The translations under genes were made by a program, and so were the position numbers. DNA of 51,170 bases, taken from positions 1 to 51,170 of the forward strand of contig JACKFQ010000003.1 of NCBI GenBank assembly GCA_020632395.1, in the 5' to 3' direction. The notes below the pieces were generated by a model. It did not search any database, was not told where the DNA came from, and was given only the letters and a program-made list of their open reading frames with translations. Position 1 is the stretch's first letter, and each line of letters begins with the position of its first letter. This DNA comes from Candidatus Nomurabacteria bacterium. Lineage in GTDB: Bacteria > Patescibacteriota > Dojkabacteria > SC72 > JAHDCA01. Shown in pieces: positions 36,551 to 44,191 of the stretch.

Positions 36551-37258
36551 ATGTATGAAGCATTGCTGGTCGATCTTGACGATACTCTGATCCGTTCGAG
36601 TACACTTTATAACCGAGCTACAAAATTTGTTGCGACGTATCTAGCAAGGAAATACTCATTGGATCTAGACCCTTTTTATGAGGTAGTTCAAGAGAAACAC
36701 CAGATCGTTCAGCGAAATTTCCCTACTGTTCACACACGACATAGTAGAATATTGGTTTTTAGGATGGCTTTGGATCAGGTTGTGCAGAAGTATGACCTCT
36801 CTTTGCTTCCTGATATTGAGGATATGTATTGGAATTTCTTCTTAGACCATATTACGACATACCCAGAGGTGGAGAGTACATTAACGAAACTGAAAGATCA
36901 CAATATTAAGATTGGTGTCGTATCAGATGGTAGCTTGAATCTCAGGATCAGAAAGATCAAAAAGGCCGGCTTGTTGCATTTGATAGATGAAGTGATCGCT
37001 TCAGAAGAGGTGATCTTCGAAAAACCGTTTAGCGCGATCTTCACACTTGCGTTATCTAGATTAGGTATTGAGGCTTCGGAAGCCATAATGGTGGGTAATA
37101 ATTTTAAAAATGATATCCGAGGAGCTCAGCTTATCGGAATTCGTACAGGATTGTATGATCCTCCTGTAGATGGGAATGTTGAGGGTCAAGATGGTACTAT
37201 CAAGGCAGATTTTGTTATCTCTGCCTGGTCAGAACTCCTTCCCGAATTTGGTATCTAA
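36551..37258 (+). CDS. HAD-family hydrolase
   Basis: DLDDTL, VVSDG, EKP, MVGNNFKNDIRGA. Confidence 0.92.
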   Translation: MYEALLVDLDDTLIRSSTLYNRATKFVATYLARKYSLDLDPFYEVVQEKHQIVQRNFPTVHTRHSRILVFRMALDQVVQKYDLSLLPDIEDMYWNFFLDHITTYPEVESTLTKLKDHNIKIGVVSDGSLNLRIRKIKKAGLLHLIDEVIASEEVIFEKPFSAIFTLALSRLGIEASEAIMVGNNFKNDIRGAQLIGIRTGLYDPPVDGNVEGQDGTIKADFVISAWSELLPEFGI

Positions 37259-37466
37259 CCTGATGTGGGTTGAATTTAAAGATCATTATCCATCTCATCT
37301 CCGCGGTCTATCTCGTGTCTGCCACAGCTCCTTTCCTGTCATACACCCCCATATCTACCCCAGCTACATCCCTGTAACCAATCTCGTGTCTGCAAGCTAA
37401 TCCTATACCCATGATCGACCCCATGCCTATTATCCATTTACCGATTTCATGTCCACCACTAAATTT

Positions 37467-37743
37467 CACTCTCCATAACTGACCACTCTCCATAGCTGAC
37501 CACTCTCCATAACTGACCACTCTCCATAACTGACCACTCTCCGTAACTGACCACTCTCCGTAACTGACCTCATGCCTGCCTTTGTGCAAACCCCGGGATC
37601 CACCTCGTGCCTGCCTTTGTGCAAACCCCGGGATCCACCTCATGCCTGCCTTTGTGCAAACCCCGGGATCCACCTCATGCCTGCCTTGATGCGAATCCCG
37701 GATCCATCTAGTGTCTGCCTTCAAGTTAAACCCCAGGCTTAAC
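37467..37743. repeat. Composite tandem array: 6 x 17 bp then 3 near-perfect plus 2 degenerate 35-bp units
   Basis: CACTCTCC(A/G)TAACTGAC at 37467-37568; CTC(A/G)TGCCTGCCTTTGTGCAAACCCCGGGATCCAC at 37569, 37604, 37639, decaying to 37743; no spacers. Confidence 0.95.
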
Positions 37744-37950
37744 CTCGCACCTGTTTCGTTCCAATGTCTTTCAAACTGTCATCCTTTCTACAACCGTTCT
37801 CGAGTTAGTTTCTATCATGATCATTCTTTCAGCTTGAAAACGACTCTTTCATCTGTTATTATCGCCTGGGAACTAATCTCGCATACCTAGCAAATTTCCT
37901 GGCAATATGCCTGCTAGGTAGGTGTAAATTAATTATAAGGAAAAATTATC

Positions 37951-39084
37951 ATGGCAGATACACAATCTGTGCAAATTCCCGCATTAGAAGAATTCTTAAA
38001 AGCAGGTGTCCACTTCGGTCATCGCAAAAGTCGATGGAATCCCAAAATGGAGGAGTATATTTACACCGAAAGAAATGGTGTACATATAATCGACCTCGTT
38101 AAATCAATGAAGATGTTGAAGTCGGCTTTGGAAGCGATGCAAAAAGCTGCTGATACAGGGTCTATCCTACTTGTCGGTACTAAAGGGCAAGCAGCATCTA
38201 TGGTCCAAAAGGTTGCTGAAGATAATGGTGCTTTTTATGTGAACACAAGGTGGCCCGGAGGGTTATTCACAAATTATGAGATGATACATAAAAGTGTTTC
38301 AAAGCTAGTGAGTATGGAAGAGCGTCTAGCCAGTGGAGCCGAAGATCTTGTCAAAAAAGAACAGTTGTTATTGGATCGAGACGTTGCTCGACTCAACAAA
38401 CTTTACCAAGGTATCAAGTTCATGGATAAACTCCCTGCAATGATCGTAGTTATCGACAGTAAACTTGAAAAGAATGCGATCAAAGAATCAAGGTTAGCTG
38501 GTATTCCTATCGTTGCATTGATAGATACGAATTGTGACCCTGATCTTGTAGATTATCCGATCCCTGCTAATGACGACTCGATCAGAAGTATAGGAATGTT
38601 CTTAGAATTGTTTGGAGAGGCTATAAAAGCTGGAAAAAGATCTGATAGGGTTATCTCATTAAGGCAATCTCATACAGCTAAACTAGATTCTCTTCGAGCA
38701 GAGTTTGAAAGAAACGAAGAACAGAAGAGACAGCAAGAAGAAGCTGAAAGAGAGAGAATGAAGAAGTTAAGAGCTGGTTTAGAGGTAGCTGAGGCTGCAA
38801 GATCTTCTGCGTCAGAGGCAAAAGTGGAGGAAAGAACAACAGTTGTTCGTGTGACAAAGAAAGATGACGGAAAAGAAACAGCACGCAAGGTAGAACCTAA
38901 GAAGAAAGAGAAAACACTCGAAGATCTTGGCATCAGTGGTAGAGTAGCATCAGCGCTCGAAACAGCAGGATATGCTAAGGTTTCCCATCTGGTAGAGCTC
39001 ACAAAGAGCGATCTAAAAGCAATAAAAGGAATAGGTGATGTGGCCGCAGATGAGATCCTAAAGGCGATCAAGAAAATGAAGTAA
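37951..39084 (+). CDS. rpsB: 30S ribosomal protein S2 with coiled-coil and HhH C-terminal extension
   Basis: AGVHFGH, WNPKM, RWPGGLFTN, DTNCDPD, PIPANDDSIRSI, plus about 150 extra residues. Confidence 0.97.
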   Translation: MADTQSVQIPALEEFLKAGVHFGHRKSRWNPKMEEYIYTERNGVHIIDLVKSMKMLKSALEAMQKAADTGSILLVGTKGQAASMVQKVAEDNGAFYVNTRWPGGLFTNYEMIHKSVSKLVSMEERLASGAEDLVKKEQLLLDRDVARLNKLYQGIKFMDKLPAMIVVIDSKLEKNAIKESRLAGIPIVALIDTNCDPDLVDYPIPANDDSIRSIGMFLELFGEAIKAGKRSDRVISLRQSHTAKLDSLRAEFERNEEQKRQQEEAERERMKKLRAGLEVAEAARSSASEAKVEERTTVVRVTKKDDGKETARKVEPKKKEKTLEDLGISGRVASALETAGYAKVSHLVELTKSDLKAIKGIGDVAADEILKAIKKMK

Positions 39085-39152
39085 AGAGTAAATTATCAGA
39101 TGCATTGGAATTCAATGTTATCTGATATTCAATAAAATTAGCTAGATCAAGC

Positions 39153-39866
39153 ATGAGTTACACAGCAAAAGATATAGTCGCACTTCGCAGTAAAACATCT
39201 GCCGGAATGGCATTATGTAAGGAGGCTTTGGAGAATGCCGATGGTGATATGGAGAAGGCAGTCGTATATATTAATGAAAAAAGTGATGCGGTAAGTCGAT
39301 TACATAATATGACAGGAGCCAAGATCGGTCTTTGCAAAATAGCGTTCAAAGATGCTGAGGAGGATTTTGAAAAAGCACTTGATTTGATCGAAGAACGTGG
39401 ATGGGCTTCTGACCCTGTTGATACAGTAGAAAAACCTAAAGAGGGTATGATCGGTTCGTATGTTCATGGTACTGATCGCAAGACAGTTGCTCTAATAGAG
39501 GTAGAGTGTGTAACAGATTTTGTGGCTAAAAATGAAGATTTTATCCAATTTGCAAATGAATTAGCCAAGCAGGCTGCTGCTATGAAACCTGAATATGTTT
39601 CTGTCGATAGGATCCCGGAAGACAAACTCTCTGAACTTAAAGATCTGTTCAAAAGAGAGGCTTTGGAGGAAGGGAAGCCAGAAAATATCGTTGAGAAGAT
39701 CATCGAAGGTAAATTGAACAAGTTCTATGAGGAGAAATGTCTATTATCCCAAAAGTGGTTCAAAGATGACACCAAGACGATGCAGAGTTTACTTGATGAC
39801 GCAATTGGTAGATTAGGTGAGCCTCTGAAGATCGGAAGATTATTGGTCTGGGAATTTGGTAAGTAG
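39153..39866 (+). CDS. tsf: Elongation factor Ts, short form, with duplicated N-terminal UBA-like domain
   Basis: LRSKTSAGMALCKEAL, EG.IGSYVH, TDFVA, KPENIVEKIIEGKL; follows rpsB. Confidence 0.93.
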   Translation: MSYTAKDIVALRSKTSAGMALCKEALENADGDMEKAVVYINEKSDAVSRLHNMTGAKIGLCKIAFKDAEEDFEKALDLIEERGWASDPVDTVEKPKEGMIGSYVHGTDRKTVALIEVECVTDFVAKNEDFIQFANELAKQAAAMKPEYVSVDRIPEDKLSELKDLFKREALEEGKPENIVEKIIEGKLNKFYEEKCLLSQKWFKDDTKTMQSLLDDAIGRLGEPLKIGRLLVWEFGK

Positions 39867-39938
39867 GTAAGGGATACTTCGTATCGATCCGATACTAAAT
39901 GTCGGTCAGATGGGATTCCTATCTGTACTGGTGCTGGG

Positions 39939-40012
39939 TGAGGTTCAGCCACCGAGTACATGACGGAGATAGGCACGAAGTACACGATGAGGTTCAGCCA
40001 CCAAGAACATGA
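39939..40012. repeat. 25-bp direct repeat, 2 copies, period 49
   Basis: tgaggttcagccacc(g/a)ag(t/a)acatga at 39939 and 39988. Confidence 0.75.
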
Positions 40013-40077
40013 TATAGATCAGTAGGGGTGTTTCGATAGCGTCAGATAAGTATTTTTATCGAGGAGATGAGTTTTTG

Positions 40078-40104
40078 GGGTGGCTTTGCCACCCGTTTTG
40101 TTTT
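40078..40104 (+). terminator. Intrinsic terminator after tsf
   Basis: GGGTGGC-TTT-GCCACCC followed by GTTTTGTTTT. Confidence 0.7.
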
Positions 40105-40331
40105 ATTGTGAACCAAACATGATACCCCATTGGTAAGTAAGGCGATGAGGTTGGGTTTCGCGAAGCGGGGTGTTAGCCTGTAAGGGCTGGTGAATAACAC
40201 AAATACTCCGATCGTAAGGTTGAGGGGATTTTGATAGGTTCGATCCCACGGTAAATTCAAAAATGAAAATTCCAATCTACACGTTTCTGATGTAAAATCT
40301 TTAGGGTGTGAGTAATGTTTTTATGTAAATT

Positions 40332-40898
40332 TTGACTACAAGAAACTTTATGGATTTTGATCTATTTGATTCTGACCTTGAAAAATGTATTGAACACTTG
40401 AAAGAAGAGTTGGCACAGATACGAACAGGGAGGGCTACTGCCGAGTTGATCGAACCAATAAAAGTCGAGGCTTACGGGACTATTAGTCCGTTGAAGAATC
40501 TTGGAAATATATCTGTTTCTGACACAAGAAGTCTTTTTGTGCAGGTTTGGGATAAAGGGGTGGTCGAAAGTGTAGCAAAAGGTATAGATGCAGCTAATCT
40601 TGGGTTGAGCACAAGTATTGAAGGCGATGGAGTTCGCGTTCATGTTCCCGAGCTAACGGAAGAAAGGCGAAAAGACCTGGTCAAGGTAATGAAAGAAAGG
40701 GTAGAAACAGCTAGGATAAGTGTCAGGAATGTACGCAGAGATTATATCAAAATGATCGATGAGATGGTTAAGGAAGGAGAATTACCTGAGGATGACGGTA
40801 AAAGGTTCAAGGATGATATTGAGAAGAGGGTAAAGAAGACAAACGAGGTGATCGAAGATATGAAGGATACAAAAGAAGGTGACTTAATGAGCATATAG
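40332..40898 (+). CDS. frr: Ribosome recycling factor
   Basis: IRTGRA, VEAYG, PELTEERRKDLVK, ISVRNVRR; start TTG 40332 or ATG 40350. Confidence 0.96.
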   Translation: MTTRNFMDFDLFDSDLEKCIEHLKEELAQIRTGRATAELIEPIKVEAYGTISPLKNLGNISVSDTRSLFVQVWDKGVVESVAKGIDAANLGLSTSIEGDGVRVHVPELTEERRKDLVKVMKERVETARISVRNVRRDYIKMIDEMVKEGELPEDDGKRFKDDIEKRVKKTNEVIEDMKDTKEGDLMSI

Positions 40899-40926
40899 CT
40901 CTTTTTTAATATCAGTTGTGAACTAA

Positions 40927-42102
40927 ATGGGTTTTATAATAAATATCGTTTTGGTCATTTTGGTGCTTGGGCTTCTGATCTTCATCCATGAACTTGGACA
41001 CTTCTTGGTTGCTAAACTCTCCAATGTGAAGGTAGAGGCTTTTTCTATAGGGATGGGGCCGAAGATATTCTCAAAGAAGAGAGGGGAAACAGAATATCGT
41101 CTATGTCTGCTTCCTATCGGTGGGTATGTCAGTATCCTGGGAGAGGTAGTAGATGAGGAATCTATGTCAAAAGCAGACATCGATGATCCTCGAAATTTTC
41201 AAAATAAAAATGTATTCGTAAAAATAGCGATACTTCTGGCTGGAGTCACATTCAATCTTTTGACTGCAGTTATCATATACTACGTTTTTCTTAGTATGTC
41301 AGCATTTAGTTTCGTTTATCCTTCTGACGTTGTAGGGTATGAGCCTACTTTTGGCAATAAGGTAGAGAAGGTTTTGGGAGAGCTGTACTATTCTGAATTA
41401 TCCGAAGATGGTAATGCTATAAAAGAGGGTTGGCCTGAAGATGGTTATATCAGAGCTGTAGGTGATAGCGAATCAGACCTAAAAGAGATCCAGACCTCAA
41501 GAGAATTTTCAGAATTCACCAAATCAAGGGCAAGTGAACGGATCTATGTTGAGATATGTGACTATATCGACAAGGCAAAGGTATGCGAGGTGTATCCAAG
41601 TGATCTATCCGAAGAAGGAAAGGTAGGTATCCTGCTAGAAAATAATGTCATCGATCTGATCGAGTATCGTGGTTGGGAAAAGTATGCGGGTGGATTTGTA
41701 CATTCTGTAAATATGCTAAAGTTGGCAGGAGTACACATAGGAAATATCTTTAATGATGCCTCTGATTCCGGTGATTATACTCAAGCAGTTAATACTTTGG
41801 CGGGTCCTGTAGGGTTGTATTTCATTGTTGATTATCTAAAAGGTTTAGGGATATTGGGAATATTAGATCTGATAGCAAATCTAAGTCTCACGCTATTCTT
41901 TATGAATCTTCTTCCGATACCTGCATTAGATGGTGGGCGTATCGTATTGGTGATCGCTGAGAGGATCATGGGTTCCAGATTTAATAAGAATATTGAAGCA
42001 TGGCTTATTCGTATAAGTTTCATTTTACTGATGTTACTGATGGGGGCTGTCCTGATAAAGGATTTCATTTACATCGACCTGTTGCGAGATCTCTTTGCTT
42101 GA
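40927..42102 (+). CDS. rseP: RseP-like M50 intramembrane metalloprotease
   Basis: IHELGHF, FSIGMGP, LLPIGGYV, AGPVG, NLLPIPALDGG. Confidence 0.92.
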   Translation: MGFIINIVLVILVLGLLIFIHELGHFLVAKLSNVKVEAFSIGMGPKIFSKKRGETEYRLCLLPIGGYVSILGEVVDEESMSKADIDDPRNFQNKNVFVKIAILLAGVTFNLLTAVIIYYVFLSMSAFSFVYPSDVVGYEPTFGNKVEKVLGELYYSELSEDGNAIKEGWPEDGYIRAVGDSESDLKEIQTSREFSEFTKSRASERIYVEICDYIDKAKVCEVYPSDLSEEGKVGILLENNVIDLIEYRGWEKYAGGFVHSVNMLKLAGVHIGNIFNDASDSGDYTQAVNTLAGPVGLYFIVDYLKGLGILGILDLIANLSLTLFFMNLLPIPALDGGRIVLVIAERIMGSRFNKNIEAWLIRISFILLMLLMGAVLIKDFIYIDLLRDLFA

Positions 42103-42138
42103 TGTACATTGGTATATAGATAATTATCAAAAAGCCTC

Positions 42139-44121
42139 TTGATGGCATACAATGTTCGATTAACTAAGAAAGGATCTGTATTTCTAGCTGTTGTAGGATT
42201 TCTTCTATTTGGCGCTGGCTTAGCGTTTACAGTTGTTTATTTAGGGAATCGTGATAATCAGATCGGTACGGGAGATAGTGATGCATCAGGGATCTGTTGT
42301 AATGGGGGGGAATGTAACGACGGATGGCAATTTGGACCGGATGCAAACTATAAAGGTGGTACATGTGATCAACGTAATATTGCTGCTTGTGCTGAACACG
42401 GTGGAATCGCATCTGGAGGAGAGGAGTGTGAGGCATCTGCATGTGGTACTTTGAATCAACCGTGTTGTCAGCCGGGAAATGGATGTGGAAATGGAATGAA
42501 TTGTGAAGGTGGTACGTGTGTATTGCCTAATACAGGAGGGAATCCCGATTGTGCTACATGTGTTGGTACCTGTACTGCCACAGGTTGTAGTACGACTTGT
42601 GGAGCAGGTATAAACCCTCGTGATGATTGTGGGATATGGAACTCAGGTTTTATGTGTGATGGATGGTCACAATCAGGGTGTAACGATGCTAATGGTACTA
42701 CAGTAGGTACACCTGATTATTCTAATCCAGAATATTGGTGTAAAACCTATCAATTTGATAGTAATGCACCAAACGGTGCTTTCTCCGTAGTATTTGTAGG
42801 TGATAAAGGGGATTACTGTATAGACTTTGAGCCAGGTTGCGACCCGTCGCAACTCGATTGGGATTGTTCACAAGAGTATTCCTGCAATGTTACAGCTACT
42901 GCTGTGTGTGAGATTCTACCGGATGATACAAAGATCGATGTATCCTGGAATGTCACAGACGCTAATTTTACATTGGGTCCTGGTGATACACTTGGAACTA
43001 CTATAGTAAGGATCGATAATATAGATGACGGTCATTGGTTCACGGATGGAAATGACTTCTGGTGGTCTACCGATAATCAGGCATTCATTGATTCGGGGGG
43101 GAATCCAAGTAACGCAAGTTGGACTTACAACGGAGATGAGATAAGACCCGATGTTAATTATACAGTGAGGGTTGCTGTAAATTCTCCAAACTATACCGGC
43201 GATTATCAAGGTACATGTTCAACGACTGAGATCCCTGTCAGATGTGATTCTACAAAACTTCAGTGTGATGAACAGGGTTGTACTTCAGATGATCAGTGCT
43301 CGAGCGGTCTTGCTTGTACGGATGGTAGATGTCGAAATCCGGATTGTCCGACGCAGACAAACTGTCAGTGTCCTTTAGGAGCATGTAACGAAACATGTAA
43401 GGCAGATGAGGATTGTAGGGGTGAATTAGTTTGTACAAATGGACAGTGTCGTGAATCAGCATGTACAGAACAAGCAGATTGTATCTGTCCAACAGACACA
43501 CCTGTTTGGAGGATCTCTAAGGATGGTGTATCGAGCTGTATCAACTCAAATACATCTGCACAGGTCTTTTATACTGTAGTGGTAAGAAATGGAGGTGGAG
43601 CAACTGGAACGATTGTGGATGTTGTTGATACTCTTGATCCGAAAGTGGATCCAAGCTGGGTGAACCAAGGTTCTATCAGTAATGGAGGGGTACTAGAAGG
43701 AAAAACGATCGTCTGGAAATTGAGTGGTGATGATGCACAATTTGAACCTGGTGAGGAGTTGATGTTGACATACTCAATGCTGATCCCGAAGGAATCCTTT
43801 GGGGAATATACAAATATCGTGGAAGCAACACCGCAGAACGGAGAGAAATTCTCAGCTCAAGAAACAGTAAATGTAGCCTGTCTGATCCCTGTCACCGGAT
43901 TGTTTGATGACACAAGTGGAAAGATCGTAGGTGCACTCATCCTGATACTTGTAAGCGGACTACTGCTTGCCTTCAATAATACCGATAAGAAAGTCTTGTT
44001 ATTAGCTGGGGGTGTAGAGAGGGTTGCTGGATATTTTAGTAGGGATTCTCGAACCGAAAGATCGATCAGAAAACACAGAAGCCGTTTTGAACAAGACCTC
44101 GTAGAGGATGACGATCGATAG
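42139..44121 (+). CDS. Cys-rich surface protein A: N-terminal TM, Cys-rich repeats, DUF11-like domain, IPVTG plus TM
   Basis: Many CxxxC/CC motifs; YTVVVRNGG..VVDTLD..WKL..EPGE..YTN; C-terminal IPVTG, hydrophobic segment and charged tail; start TTG 42139 or ATG 42142. Confidence 0.8.
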   Translation: MMAYNVRLTKKGSVFLAVVGFLLFGAGLAFTVVYLGNRDNQIGTGDSDASGICCNGGECNDGWQFGPDANYKGGTCDQRNIAACAEHGGIASGGEECEASACGTLNQPCCQPGNGCGNGMNCEGGTCVLPNTGGNPDCATCVGTCTATGCSTTCGAGINPRDDCGIWNSGFMCDGWSQSGCNDANGTTVGTPDYSNPEYWCKTYQFDSNAPNGAFSVVFVGDKGDYCIDFEPGCDPSQLDWDCSQEYSCNVTATAVCEILPDDTKIDVSWNVTDANFTLGPGDTLGTTIVRIDNIDDGHWFTDGNDFWWSTDNQAFIDSGGNPSNASWTYNGDEIRPDVNYTVRVAVNSPNYTGDYQGTCSTTEIPVRCDSTKLQCDEQGCTSDDQCSSGLACTDGRCRNPDCPTQTNCQCPLGACNETCKADEDCRGELVCTNGQCRESACTEQADCICPTDTPVWRISKDGVSSCINSNTSAQVFYTVVVRNGGGATGTIVDVVDTLDPKVDPSWVNQGSISNGGVLEGKTIVWKLSGDDAQFEPGEELMLTYSMLIPKESFGEYTNIVEATPQNGEKFSAQETVNVACLIPVTGLFDDTSGKIVGALILILVSGLLLAFNNTDKKVLLLAGGVERVAGYFSRDSRTERSIRKHRSRFEQDLVEDDDR

Positions 44122-44191
44122 GAGTACTTGTCACCAGAAGATTCATTGTGTAGATTGATAGTGTAATACTATTATTCAACAAATTATCATT

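Noticed and set aside
37569-37707. 35-bp repeats as a CRISPR array
   Set aside because: Units are head-to-tail with no unique spacers and no cas genes are in the window
37308-37724. 138-aa minus-strand ORF
   Set aside because: It is a translation of the 17-bp and 35-bp arrays; no protein-like features
37884-37920. 9-bp inverted repeat TACCTAGCA/TGCTAGGTA upstream of rpsB as an S2 autoregulatory leader
   Set aside because: Plausible position, but a single hairpin without recognisable leader consensus is not enough to call
40141-40260. tmRNA, tRNA, SRP RNA or RNase P suggested by GGTTCGATCC
   Set aside because: No acceptor stem or CCA, no SRP helix-8 motif, no GAGGAAAGTCC; kept only as an unassigned structured region
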